Assembly: GCA_020718585.1 (NCBI GenBank)
Contig: DYRS01000001.1
Location: 40,458-88,517, forward strand
Reading direction: 5' to 3'
From: Chthoniobacter flavus
GTDB lineage: Bacteria; Verrucomicrobiota; Verrucomicrobiia; Chthoniobacterales; Terrimicrobiaceae
Length of the DNA stretch: 48,060 bases
In this document: one piece after another, positions 1 through 10,104 of the stretch
How positions within the stretch are numbered: the first letter of the stretch is position 1
Layout of the letters: each line of letters starts with the position of its first letter
The notes under the pieces: generated by a model
Told to the model about the DNA's origin: nothing
The model's database searches: none
The model's input: the letters and a program-made list of their open reading frames with translations, nothing else
Program-made: the position numbers and the translations under genes

Positions 1-536
1 TCCACCTGCGCGGCGGCGGCGGCGATCTGGTCGTCACGTCCTCCGAGCCGCGCGGTTTCGAGCGAGGTGCCGAACGACGCGGCCAGCTCCATGAGCGCGA
101 TGTCCGCGCTCTGGTAAAGATTGAGATTTTCCGCCGCGACGACCTTCGTGCGGTAAAGATCCTTCGAGCGCTTGAGCTGAACGTCGGCGTAGGTCTGGGC
201 CGCGAGCGCGGCCTTCTGCTGGTGCGCGATCGTCTCGAGCTCGCTCGGGCGCGCGCCTTTTTTTAAATCCGCAAGCGTCGCCTCCGCTGCAGCCAGATCC
301 GCCTCTGCCCCGGCGAGCGCGTCCATCTCCGGCTGCGGGTCGAGCGCGAAGAGTTCCGCGCCTGCCTTGACCTGCGCCCCCCGCGCAACCCGCAGGCTGG
401 CCAGGCGACCGGCGGCCGGCGAGGAGACCAGCACGTAATCCGCGTTCACGTAGCCCTCGTAATTTCCCTGTCGCCCGCGCCCGCATCCCGTGAGCACCGC
501 GCAGAGAAGTGCGCAGAAAAGTGTAAAAGGTGGCAT
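1..536 (-). CDS. HlyD-family efflux periplasmic adaptor (membrane-fusion) protein, N-terminal part; the gene runs off the left edge of the window
   Basis: Absent from the ORF track because it has no stop codon in the window. The reverse-strand ATG at 536-534 opens a frame that I translated by hand: MPPFTLFCALLCAVLTGCGRGRQGNYEGYVNADYVLVSSPAAGRLASLRVARGAQVKAGAELFALDPQPEMD... This gives a signal peptide with a lipobox-like LTGC, then the YxGxVxAxxVxVSSxxxGRL segment typical of HlyD/EmrA adaptors. The listed ORF 34..486(-) is a different, Arg/Gly-rich frame. Confidence 0.8.
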   Translation of the reverse strand, partial: MPPFTLFCALLCAVLTGCGRGRQGNYEGYVNADYVLVSSPAAGRLASLRVARGAQVKAGAELFALDPQPEMDALAGAEADLAAAEATLADLKKGARPSELETIAHQQKAALAAQTYADVQLKRSKDLYRTKVVAAENLNLYQSADIALMELAASFGTSLETARLGGRDDQIAAAAAQV

Positions 537-541
537 ACCAC

Positions 542-562
542 GCATGGGCAGGATGCCCATGC
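542..562. promoter_or_regulatory. Perfect 9-3-9 palindrome immediately upstream of the HlyD-like start codon
   Basis: gcatgggca-gga-tgcccatgc at 542-562, 5 nt upstream (on the coding strand) of the ATG at 536. It could be an operator for a dimeric repressor or an RNA hairpin over the translation initiation region. Confidence 0.3.
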
Positions 563-717
563 CACGGATCCTGACAGCGTCGGGCGGGCCGCTCGTGTTC
601 CTTGTGCTCCGATTGCCCCTGGCACTCCCCGTTTTTTCCTGGGTCACCTTGTTTCCTTCACGTCAGCGTGTGCCCGGCATGGATCTGGCGGATCGCGGCG
701 TGCGCACGGAAAAAATC

Positions 718-2433
718 CTACACGGTCGCGCACGGGCAGTTCGCGGATTTTCCGCCACCCATCGCGGAGTTTCCTTTCGAGCGCTCGTAGAATGTCGGCG
801 GCTCGGCGCTATCGGGCGACGGGCATGCGGCCTCGGCCTTCAGCTTTTTATAGACGATCCGTCCGCCGACGCTGGCGGCGACCTTCGAGGCTGGGCCAAA
901 TTCCTTGATCAGCTCTTTGAGGAGGGCGTCAACCTTCCGGTGCATCACGGGATCCTTGCGATACCACCGCCTAGTCGCCCAGAGGACGGCGGCGTATTGG
1001 AATTTCAACGGGGTGCCCTCGCGGCGGAACCGCCGCCGGATCCTCGCATCGCGGTGCTTGCCGTAGGTTTTCCATCCGCGCAGCGTCGTGCGCGCCATGC
1101 GCATGATGCTCGGGCCGTTGACTTCAAAGTCGCGTGCGAACGCGTTGCGCAGCATTTCCGTCTCCATGCCCGGCGGGATGTGCGGATGCCGGTGCGCGAA
1201 TTTGAGCTGTCCGTGAATGTCGGCGGGATCGAGGCATTCCGGGTCCACCAGCGTGCCGCTCGCGCGGTGCTCCTCGAAGAGCGGGGTGCCCGGGACCGGG
1301 GTGTAGAGCATGAACTGGTGGAACTCCGTGTCGTGCGTCACCGCGTGCTCGATCGCGTCGGGCATGTTCTCTGGGGTGTGTTCCTCGAGGCCGATGATCG
1401 TCGAGCCGAGGATGCTGATCCCGTGCGACTGAAGCTCGCGCACGAGTTCGTGGGTATCCGCTCCGGCCAGCTTCTGGTATTGGCTCTTCTTCCCCTCGAG
1501 CCCCATCCAGACCCACGAGATCCCAAGCCGCACGAGCTGGTCGATCGTGTAGGATCGGAGCACGTTTGCGGAGCTGAACACGTAAAGCGACCAGCTCTTG
1601 TTATTCGCCTCCATGAGCTCGAGCAGCCGGAGTGCCCGCTTTTTATGCAGGAGAAAATTCTCATCCATCGCAAAAAACGAATGGACCTTCATGTCGTGTT
1701 CGATCCCGCACATCACCTCGAACAGCTCGTCCCCGGTCTCGTAAAAATTGATGAACTTCCCCTTGCCGCCGAACATCGCCGACGTCGAGCAGAAGTTGCA
1801 GCCCATCGGACAGCCGACCGAAGGGATCAGCGTCGCAGCGACATCGCCCGGCTTCTCCCGCATCCGCAGCCCCATCGTCCGGGTCCCGATCCCTGACAAA
1901 ATCCTCGGATGCCGGATCGGCGCGCCCACGTCGTCGCCAAGAAATTTGCGGAACCAATGCACCCCCTCGCCGCGTACCACATGATCGGCACCAAGCCGCT
2001 TCTTGACGTCCGGCAGCCCGGAGATGTGCCCGCCAACAATGATCTTTGCCTTCGGCTGGATCTCTCGGATCAGCCGGCACATTTCTTTCGCCTTGAGATA
2101 ATTCGGAGGGATCGCGCTGATCGCCACGATGTCGTAGGCCTCGGTCTTCAGCTCATGGATGAACCGAGGGAGCGTCGGAAAGTCCAGCAGCGAACTCGGC
2201 GCGGAAATGTTGTCCCGCATCAGCATCAGCCCCCACGAACGGTGGAACATCCGCAACGAGAACGGACCCTGCTCGCGCGTCACCTGGTTGTGGTAAAGCT
2301 CCATCGGGTTGATCGCCCGGCTGCCAAATTCGTCGTCCTTCGAATACGGCCCGAAGACGCTGGTAAAGAGGATTCGCGGCTTCTGGGCGGGCTGGCCACC
2401 CGCCTTGCATTCACAGTGGGGCATCAAAGACAT
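718..2433 (-). CDS. B12-binding-domain radical SAM protein (class B rSAM), function unassigned
   Basis: ORF 718..2496(-). It has the CxxxCxxC cluster motif in SVGCPMGCNFCSTS. It has an N-terminal Rossmann-like B12-binding region (YDIVAISAIPPNYLKAKEMCRLIREIQPKAKIIVGGHISG). A C-terminal extension of about 150 aa follows. The track start at 2496 is a TTG; ATG candidates are 2433 (MSLMPHCE) and 2424 (MPHCE). Confidence 0.85.
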   Translation of the reverse strand: MSLMPHCECKAGGQPAQKPRILFTSVFGPYSKDDEFGSRAINPMELYHNQVTREQGPFSLRMFHRSWGLMLMRDNISAPSSLLDFPTLPRFIHELKTEAYDIVAISAIPPNYLKAKEMCRLIREIQPKAKIIVGGHISGLPDVKKRLGADHVVRGEGVHWFRKFLGDDVGAPIRHPRILSGIGTRTMGLRMREKPGDVAATLIPSVGCPMGCNFCSTSAMFGGKGKFINFYETGDELFEVMCGIEHDMKVHSFFAMDENFLLHKKRALRLLELMEANNKSWSLYVFSSANVLRSYTIDQLVRLGISWVWMGLEGKKSQYQKLAGADTHELVRELQSHGISILGSTIIGLEEHTPENMPDAIEHAVTHDTEFHQFMLYTPVPGTPLFEEHRASGTLVDPECLDPADIHGQLKFAHRHPHIPPGMETEMLRNAFARDFEVNGPSIMRMARTTLRGWKTYGKHRDARIRRRFRREGTPLKFQYAAVLWATRRWYRKDPVMHRKVDALLKELIKEFGPASKVAASVGGRIVYKKLKAEAACPSPDSAEPPTFYERSKGNSAMGGGKSANCPCATV

Positions 2434-2712
2434 AAGTGGAAAGACTATAGCCGTTCCCGGAGAGGCTGCCAAAGAAATCCGGGGCCAAAACAACAAATCC
2501 AGAGCAAATCTTGCGTTCGGTCAATAAATTTTCCGTTTTTCAACAGAATCGGGAGCTCTGCGCGGCAGCGCGCTCTTTCAAAAATTTGCGCCGCACATGT
2601 GCCCAGCAATGGGCTGTGATCGAGCAGGGATCTTTAATTCCGCCCTATCAAACAGCCGGGACGCTGGTATCGAGCGGATGAATAAAGAACAGCGCACCGG
2701 CTCTCTGGCCTC

Positions 2713-5526
2713 TCAGCTCCCGCCAAGGAGCTGTCGGAGGACAAATGGCAGGATCCCGCCGTGCCGACAGTAGTCCACTTCGATCGGGGTATCTATCCGG
2801 AGCTTCACTGCGAGCGATTCCTGCTTTCCGCATTTCCGGGTGATCGTGAGCATGACGTCCTGCCGGGGCTGGAGGTTTTCACCGAGGCCGGTGATGTCGA
2901 ACGATTCCGAGCCGTCGAGGCCGAGCGACTGGGCGCTGACGCCGTCGGGGAACTGGAGCGGGAGGACGCCCATGCCGACGAGGTTTGAGCGGTGGATGCG
3001 CTCGAAGCTTTGGGCGCAGACCGCCTTGACACCGAGAAGCCGGGTGCCCTTGGCGGCCCAGTCGCGGCTTGAGCCGGTGCCGTATTCGTGTCCGGCAAAG
3101 ATGACGAGCGGGGTTCCTTCGGCGCGGTAGGCCATGCAGGCGTCGTAGATGCTCGTCTGCTCGTCGCCGGGCTGGATGATCGTGAACCCGCCCTCGACCC
3201 TCGTGCCGTCGGGCTTTGGCGGGATCATGAGGTTTTTGATCCGGACGTTTGCGAACGTCCCGCGGGTCATCACCCGGTCGTTGCCTCGGCGGCTTCCGTA
3301 GCTGTTGAAGTCGGCGGCGGCGATCCCATTTTCGACGAGGAATTTTCCGGCGGGCGAGCCGGGTTTGATCGCGCCGGCCGGCGAGATGTGATCGGTCGTC
3401 ACCGAGTCGCCGAAGATCCCCATCGCGCGGGCGCCGGCGATGTCGGCGATCGTGCCGGCCTCCATCCCGAAGCCCTCAAAGAACGGCGGCTCCTGGATGT
3501 AGGTGCTTGCGCGGTCCCATGCGTAGATCTGGCCGGTGCTTGCGGGCACCTCGTTCCACTTCGGATTTTGCTCGGCGAACCCGGTGTAGAGCGATTGGAA
3601 GACCTCGGGCTTGAGCGCCGAGCGCATCTCGTTGCGGATCTCGTCGAGCGTCGGCCAGACGTCTTTGAGAAAGACCGCCGCGCCATCACTTCCGGTCCCG
3701 AGCGGCTCGTTCGTCAGGTCAATGTCCACCCGCCCGGCCAGCGCAAACGCGACGACGAGGGGAGGGGACATGAGGAAATTCGCGCGGATGTTCTGGTGGA
3801 TGCGCGCTTCAAAATTTCTATTGCCCGAGAGGACGGCGGCGGTGACGAGGTCGTTCCCGGTGATTGCGGATTCAACCTCCGGGTCGAGCGGGCCGGAGTT
3901 GCCGATGCACGTCGTGCATCCGTAGCCGACGATCTGGAAGCCGAGCGCGTCGAGCGGCTGCTGGAGCCCGGTTTTTTCGAGGTAGTCCTGAACGACCCGC
4001 GAGCCGGGAGCGAGCGAGGTCTTGACCGCAGGGCCGACGCGGAGCCCGCGGGCGACTGCATTTTTCGCAAGGAGTCCGGCTGCGAGCATGACGCTCGGGT
4101 TGCTCGTGTTCGTGCAGCTCGTGATCGCCGCGATGACGACCGAGCCGTCGCGCAGCGTGCTGTACCCGACATGGAACGGCGACTCCGGCATCCCGGCGAC
4201 CGGGTCGGGGGTCGGACGGTCGGCGACCATTTCGGATTCGTCCGGCGGGAGCGGGGAGGCAACATTCACGCGCGCGCTCCGCCCGAGGTCGGCGGCGGAT
4301 TTTCCATAACCGCCGTCGGCGACCGGCTTCGTGAGCAGCGATGCGAACGCAGATTTGAGGGCGGGGAGATCAATCCGATCCTGCGGGCGCTTCGGCCCGG
4401 CGACCGACGGGCGGACCTCCGCGAGGTCGAGCTCGACATCCACGCTGTATTCGATGTCTCCCTTTTTCGGCATGCCGAAGAGATTCTGCGCGCGGAAATA
4501 ATTCTCGAACGCCCGGCACTGGGCGTCGGTGCGCCCGGTCGAGGCAAGGTAGGCGACCGATTCGGAATCCACCGGGAAGAACCCCATCGTCGCCCCGTAT
4601 TCGGGCGCCATGTTCGCGATCGTCGCGCGGTCGGTGAGCGGCAGGTTCGCAGCGCCCTCGCCGTAGAATTCGACAAATTTTCCAACGACTTTCTCGGCGC
4701 GGAGCATCTGTGTGACATGCAGCGCGAGGTCGGTCGCGGTCACTCCCTCGCCCAGGCGGTTGGTGAGATGCACCCCGACAACCTCGGGGGTCAGGAAATA
4801 GACCGGCTGGCCGAGCATCCCAGCCTCCGCCTCAATCCCGCCAACCCCCCAGCCGACGACCCCGAGGCCGTTGATCATCGTCGTGTGCGAGTCAGTGCCA
4901 ACGAGCGTGTCGGGATAAAAAATTTCGCCGGACCCGTGCGGTGCCGAGAGCACGCCCTTCGCGAGGTATTCGAGGTTCACCTGGTGGACAATCCCGATCC
5001 CCGGCGGGATCACCCCAAACGTCTTGAACGCCTGCTGGCCCCACTTCAAAAATTCGTAGCGCTCGCGGTTCCGGCGGAATTCCATTTCGAGGTTCAGTCG
5101 CAGCGCGTCCGCCGACCCGTAAAAATCCACCTGCACCGAGTGGTCCACAACGAGGTCCACCGGCACGAGCGGCTCGATGATCGCGGGATCCCCGCCGAGA
5201 GCCTTGACCGCCGAGCGCATCGCGGCGAGGTCCACCAATAGCGGGACGCCGGTGAAATCCTGAAGCACGATCCGCGCGACGACAAACGGGATCTCCTCCG
5301 GTGCCGGAGCCTTCGCATTCCAGTTTGCAAGCACCTCGACATCGCGGGGCTGGATCTTTTTTCCATCGCAGTTCCTGAGGATCGATTCGAGGACGATGCG
5401 GATGCCGACCGGCAGCTTCGAGACCGGGCCGACACCAGCGGCCTCGAGAGCGGGAAGCGAGTGGAACTGGCCAACCCGGCCATTGCCGGCATCAAAGGAA
5501 CGGAGCGTGTCGAAAGGCGGTTTCAT
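2713..5526 (-). CDS. acnA: Aconitate hydratase A (AcnA/IRP type)
   Basis: Protein of about 937 aa with the aconitase signatures [62 protein letters not shown] and [10 protein letters not shown]. The track start at 5541 is a TTG; the ATG at 5526 gives [11 protein letters not shown]. Confidence 0.95.
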   Translation of the reverse strand: MKPPFDTLRSFDAGNGRVGQFHSLPALEAAGVGPVSKLPVGIRIVLESILRNCDGKKIQPRDVEVLANWNAKAPAPEEIPFVVARIVLQDFTGVPLLVDLAAMRSAVKALGGDPAIIEPLVPVDLVVDHSVQVDFYGSADALRLNLEMEFRRNRERYEFLKWGQQAFKTFGVIPPGIGIVHQVNLEYLAKGVLSAPHGSGEIFYPDTLVGTDSHTTMINGLGVVGWGVGGIEAEAGMLGQPVYFLTPEVVGVHLTNRLGEGVTATDLALHVTQMLRAEKVVGKFVEFYGEGAANLPLTDRATIANMAPEYGATMGFFPVDSESVAYLASTGRTDAQCRAFENYFRAQNLFGMPKKGDIEYSVDVELDLAEVRPSVAGPKRPQDRIDLPALKSAFASLLTKPVADGGYGKSAADLGRSARVNVASPLPPDESEMVADRPTPDPVAGMPESPFHVGYSTLRDGSVVIAAITSCTNTSNPSVMLAAGLLAKNAVARGLRVGPAVKTSLAPGSRVVQDYLEKTGLQQPLDALGFQIVGYGCTTCIGNSGPLDPEVESAITGNDLVTAAVLSGNRNFEARIHQNIRANFLMSPPLVVAFALAGRVDIDLTNEPLGTGSDGAAVFLKDVWPTLDEIRNEMRSALKPEVFQSLYTGFAEQNPKWNEVPASTGQIYAWDRASTYIQEPPFFEGFGMEAGTIADIAGARAMGIFGDSVTTDHISPAGAIKPGSPAGKFLVENGIAAADFNSYGSRRGNDRVMTRGTFANVRIKNLMIPPKPDGTRVEGGFTIIQPGDEQTSIYDACMAYRAEGTPLVIFAGHEYGTGSSRDWAAKGTRLLGVKAVCAQSFERIHRSNLVGMGVLPLQFPDGVSAQSLGLDGSESFDITGLGENLQPRQDVMLTITRKCGKQESLAVKLRIDTPIEVDYCRHGGILPFVLRQLLGGS

Positions 5527-5598
5527 GATCCGCCCAATCAATCAGATTTCGCGCTCCCGGCGCAATACCGGGGCGGAGAATAAATGACGGTTGCCATC

Positions 5599-6228
5599 TT
5601 ACACGCCCCGCACCATTGCGACAAGGCGGCGGGCGAGTGCGGGTTTGTCGGGAAAATGCGCGGCACCACCGGCTGCCCGAACCAGCCCGAACCCCGCTCC
5701 GTAGGCGGCTCCGTTGACGACGCATGCGTCGCTGCCGGCCTCCTGGATCTGCCGCGCGGCCCGCGACAGCGCGAGCTCGCGGGCACCATCCAATTCGTAT
5801 TTCCAGCCGACGATCAACGTTCCGGGAAACCATTTTCGGATTTCCGGCAAAACCTTTGTGGCGGGAGCCAGAGTGAGCCGGACCGAACCCGAGCGGCTGT
5901 CGAGCTTCTCCGCTCCGTCCGACCCCTCGATGGACTCCACGACAAAGTCGCAGAGAGCGGCCGCATGGAGGATGATCGCAGGCTCGCGGTCGAGCCCGCG
6001 AAGCCCGCGCGCGAGCGAGTCGTTCGTCGAGAACGCCCGCACATCCGCCTCCCGGTGCGGCGGCCATGTCGCACCCTCGCCCCGGAAACACACCACATCA
6101 AACCCCGCCCGAAGAAATGCCTCCGCCAGCACGCTCCCGATCTCCCCGGTCGCAAAATTCGTGATCCGCCGGACCGCGTCAATCGGCTCGTAAGCGGGTC
6201 CACAGGTGATGCAGGCGAGCGGGGGCAT
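5599..6228 (-). CDS. Standalone CoaB-like (phosphopantothenate-cysteine ligase / DFP C-terminal domain) protein, divergent
   Basis: 209 aa. The N-terminus ITCGPAYEPIDAVRRITNFATGEIG aligns to the CoaB motif ITAGPTxEPxDPVRxISNxSSGKMG. AALCDF matches AAVADY. There is no CoaC flavoprotein domain. Confidence 0.7.
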   Translation of the reverse strand: MPPLACITCGPAYEPIDAVRRITNFATGEIGSVLAEAFLRAGFDVVCFRGEGATWPPHREADVRAFSTNDSLARGLRGLDREPAIILHAAALCDFVVESIEGSDGAEKLDSRSGSVRLTLAPATKVLPEIRKWFPGTLIVGWKYELDGARELALSRAARQIQEAGSDACVVNGAAYGAGFGLVRAAGGAAHFPDKPALARRLVAMVRGV

Positions 6229-6233
6229 AAAGT

Positions 6234-6320
6234 GTTCAGCGGTTCAGTTTTCAGCAAGCCAGTTGCAGCGCGAACAGCCGGTCACCCGCCACTCAAACAC
6301 CGAAAACTGAACCGCTGAAC
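6234..6320. repeat. Perfect 19-bp inverted repeat (49-nt spacer) filling the purH / coaB-like intergenic spacer
   Basis: gttcagcggttcagttttc (6234-6252) is the exact reverse complement of gaaaactgaaccgctgaac (6302-6320). On the minus-strand mRNA the 3' arm ends 5 nt before the coaB-like ATG (6228). Confidence 0.7.
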
Positions 6321-6325
6321 TCTTC

Positions 6326-7849
6326 CTAGTGTCTGAAATGGCGTGTGCCGGTAAAGACCATGGCGACGCGTCGTTCGTCGGCGGCCTTGATGACATCGGG
6401 GTCGCGGACCGAGCCGCCTGGCTGGATGGCGGCGGTGGCACCGGCTTCGGCGGCGGCGACGAGCCCGTCGGGAAACGGAAAAAATGCGTCGCTGCAGACG
6501 GCGCTGCCCTTGAGCGAGAGCCCGGCTTCGTGCGCCTTCCAGACCGCGATGCGCGAGGAATCCACGCGCGACATCTGGCCGGCACCGATGCCGAGCGTTC
6601 GGTTCTTGGCGGCATAGACGATGGCGTTTGACTTGACGTGCTTGACGACTTTCCAGCCGAATTCCATCGCCTCGATCTCGTCCTTTGTTGGAGGTCGCGA
6701 GCTGACGACACGGTGCTCGAGCTCCGGCACGTCGGCCGAATCGGAATCCTGGACGAGGAGCCCTCCGACGACGCCGCGGACGTCGCGGCGGTTCTGCGGC
6801 GCGGGCTTGAGCATGCGCATCAGCCGGAGGTTCTTCTTTTTTTGGAGGAGCGACCGGGCATCGGAATCAAAATCCGGGGCGATGATGACCTCGCTGAAAA
6901 TTTCCGAGATCGCCTTGGCGAGGGCGAGGGTGATTGGGAGGTTGCAGACGATGATCCCGCCGAACGGCGCCTGCTTGTCGGTCGAGAACGCCATTTCCCA
7001 AGCCTCGCGCAGGTCGGGCGCGCTGCCGACGCCACACGGGTTCGTGTGCTTGAGGATCGCGACCGTCGGCTTCGAGAACTCGGCGATGAGGTTCGCGGCG
7101 GCACTGATGTCGAGGATGTTGTTGTAGGAAAGCTCCTTCCCGTGGAGCTTGTCAAAATACGAGCCGAAGTCGCCGTAGAGCTCGGCCTGCTGGTGCGGGT
7201 TTTCGCCGTAGCGCAGGCGCATTTCGAGCGGGAGGTCCATGCGGAAGCTCGCGCAGGTCTCCTGCTCGCGGTTGAGGAAGTCGGCGATCGCTGCGTCGTA
7301 GGCCGAGGTCGTCGCAAACGCCTTGATCGCGAGCCGCTCGCGAAGCTTCAGGCCGGTCCCGCCCCCCTCCTTGTGCATGTCCTCGAGCACGAGCGGATAG
7401 TCGGTTGGGTCGGTCACCACGCAGACCGACTGGTAGTTTTTTGAGGCGCTGCGGATCATGGACGGCCCGCCGATGTCAATCTGCTCGATCGCCTCCGCAA
7501 GGGTGACCCCATCCTTGGCGATTGTGGCTTCGAACGGGTAGAGGTTCACGACGACGAGATCAATCGGCTGGATCCCGTGCGCCTTCGCCTGCTCCTCGTG
7601 CTCTGGATTGCCGCGGAGATACAGGAGGCCGCCGTGGATTTTCGGATGCAGCGACTTGACGCGCCCGTCGAGGATTTCCGGGGAGCCGGTGAACCGGGAG
7701 ACCTCGACCGTCGCGACCCCCGCCGCTTGGAGAGATTTGGCTGTGCCGCCGGTCGAAAGGATCTCGATCCCGGCGGCCGCAAGCTCTTTGGCAAATTCCA
7801 CAATGCCGGTTTTGTCAGAAACGGAGATCAGCGCTCGTTGGATTTTCAT
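6326..7849 (-). CDS. purH: Bifunctional AICAR transformylase / IMP cyclohydrolase
   Basis: 507 aa. N-terminal MGS-like IMP cyclohydrolase domain ([19 protein letters not shown]...STGGTAK). C-terminal AICARFT domain ([17 protein letters not shown]). ATG at 7849. Confidence 0.97.
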   Translation of the reverse strand: MKIQRALISVSDKTGIVEFAKELAAAGIEILSTGGTAKSLQAAGVATVEVSRFTGSPEILDGRVKSLHPKIHGGLLYLRGNPEHEEQAKAHGIQPIDLVVVNLYPFEATIAKDGVTLAEAIEQIDIGGPSMIRSASKNYQSVCVVTDPTDYPLVLEDMHKEGGGTGLKLRERLAIKAFATTSAYDAAIADFLNREQETCASFRMDLPLEMRLRYGENPHQQAELYGDFGSYFDKLHGKELSYNNILDISAAANLIAEFSKPTVAILKHTNPCGVGSAPDLREAWEMAFSTDKQAPFGGIIVCNLPITLALAKAISEIFSEVIIAPDFDSDARSLLQKKKNLRLMRMLKPAPQNRRDVRGVVGGLLVQDSDSADVPELEHRVVSSRPPTKDEIEAMEFGWKVVKHVKSNAIVYAAKNRTLGIGAGQMSRVDSSRIAVWKAHEAGLSLKGSAVCSDAFFPFPDGLVAAAEAGATAAIQPGGSVRDPDVIKAADERRVAMVFTGTRHFRH

Positions 7850-8059
7850 TGCAAAGGGAGAAAACCCTATGGCGTCGGTCGACGGAATTCAATCCCGATC
7901 CTCAAACAATCATTTGCCCGCATGCAGGACAAAAATCTTCAATCTTGTTACTTTTACGCCGTGAACGGCTACGAAATCCAAACTCCTGCTGACCTGTGGA
8001 CGCAGTTTTTTTCGGCACCATGCGGGAGATGTAAACAATCTCGATCTCACAGACGAATC

Positions 8060-8088
8060 TTGTATCATGTTATTTCTGCGCGGCGACT
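8060..8088 (+). repeat. 29-nt repeat, copy A (ttgtatcatgttatttctgcgcggcgact)
   Basis: Exact reverse complement of 27207-27235. The first 21 nt also match 27338-27358 with one mismatch. It is intergenic, lying between the purH start and the tRNA-Pro 3' end. Confidence 0.9.
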
Positions 8089-8126
8089 TAGGGCCAGTTA
8101 GGGCCAAAAAACGCCAAATAGGGCCA
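8088..8126 (+). repeat. Three phased direct repeats T/A-TAGGGCCA
   Basis: ttagggcca at 8088-8096 and 8098-8106 (10-bp period), and atagggcca at 8118-8126 (20 bp further). They directly abut repeat copy A. Confidence 0.6.
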
Positions 8127-8142
8127 GTTTTTCTGGCGTTTT
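8108..8142 (-). terminator. Bidirectional terminator-like hairpin downstream of tRNA-Pro
   Basis: aaaacgcca (8108-8116) pairs with tggcgtttt (8134-8142). An alternative inner stem is gccag-ttttt-ctggc (8123-8137). A-run and T-run flanks give a U-tract on either strand. It lies 92 nt downstream of the tRNA-Pro 3' end. Confidence 0.4.
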
Positions 8143-8233
8143 CTGCGGTTGCTGGCGTTTGAGAATTTCAGAGTGATCGGCTGGAAACCCTGTATTTATC
8201 GACTTCTCCAAGGCAAAACCACTTTTTGAAAAG

Positions 8234-8310
8234 TGGTCGGGGCGACAGGATTCGAACCTGCGACCTCCTGGTCCCAAACCAGGCGCTCTACCAAGCTAAG
8301 CTACACCCCG
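8234..8310 (-). tRNA. tRNA-Pro (anticodon TGG), CCA encoded
   Basis: The reverse complement reads cggggtgtagcttagcttggtagagcgcctggtttgggaccaggaggtcgcaggttcgaatcctgtcgccccgacca. It folds as a cloverleaf with acceptor cggggtg/cgccccg, anticodon stem cctgg/ccagg, loop ttTGGga and a GGTTCGAATCC T-loop. Length is 77 nt. Confidence 0.95.
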
Positions 8311-8595
8311 ATGCTGCTGATAATCAGTTAATTGAAATACAATTTAAGCTGGATAGTTTTCAGTTTTTTACCCGATTTTGTAAACCGCAAAAACTTGCGA
8401 CCATCAGGGAACCCCCAACAAGCGAGAGAGCAGCTATCGCGCTGGAACGAGGTTGGGCTATTGTCGTATCGTTACTCAAATGCCATGCACTATATGGCGG
8501 CGAAACACTACGGCAAATAAAAAAGGTAGTGCCTTTTGGCGATGTATCGCATTTTCCCAAAAAAACGAGTTGTCGCGGGCGGTGCGCGCGGCTAG

Positions 8596-10053
<1,458 letters not shown>

Positions 10054-10104
10054 GTGCTGAGTATTCAGTTCGCGGAACGAGTTTATTAACTTTCACATTT
10101 TCTG

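Noticed and set aside
34-486. Track ORF 34..486(-), 150 aa, at the left edge.
   Set aside because: It is an Arg/Gly-rich alternative frame. The frame starting at ATG 536 gives a clean signal peptide plus HlyD adaptor motifs and remains open to the window edge.
2434-2712. Cobalamin riboswitch upstream of the B12-binding radical SAM gene, and a RiPP precursor sORF near it.
   Set aside because: No B12-box-like core or GGUGC...GCCACUG elements are seen on the minus strand. No plausible small ORF with start and stop lies in 2434-2712 or 537-717. An Rfam RF00174 scan would settle the riboswitch question.
3088-5241. Very long ORFs antisense to, or out of frame with, real genes. Examples: 3088..5241(+), 490..1896(+), 8476..9984(-), 18220..19902(+), 20438..21985(+), 27265..28863(+), 30971..32710(-), 36459..38234(+), 45230..47095(+), 44980..46209(-).
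   Set aside because: Each lies opposite or overlapping a gene with unambiguous conserved motifs (acnA, atpD, groEL, dnaK, GH2, sdhA, uvrD, ABC). Their translations are Arg/Gly/Ala/Pro-rich low-complexity strings. This is typical of stop-codon-poor alternative frames in high-GC DNA.
7850-8059. Possible ZTP (pfl) or purine riboswitch in the roughly 200-nt purH upstream region.
   Set aside because: **ZTP:** I looked on the minus strand for the cores (GACUGGCG ... CCGCCUGGGC). Only a weak ccgacgccataggg resemblance is present, with no complementary 5' pseudoknot partner.

**Purine:** I looked for the purine-aptamer cores (UUUCUAC, CCGUAAAU loop). The segment auuucguagccguucacggcguaaaag superficially resembles J2/3-P3 of the purine aptamer, but it folds as a simple gccg-uuca-cggc tetraloop hairpin.

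A covariance-model scan (Rfam RF01750, RF00167) would be decisive.
8332-8520. 62-aa ORF (TTG start) in the AT-richer spacer between tRNA-Pro and atpD.
   Set aside because: It has a non-ATG start and no recognisable motif, and its composition is atypical for this genome's proteins. I cannot support it as a gene without homology evidence.
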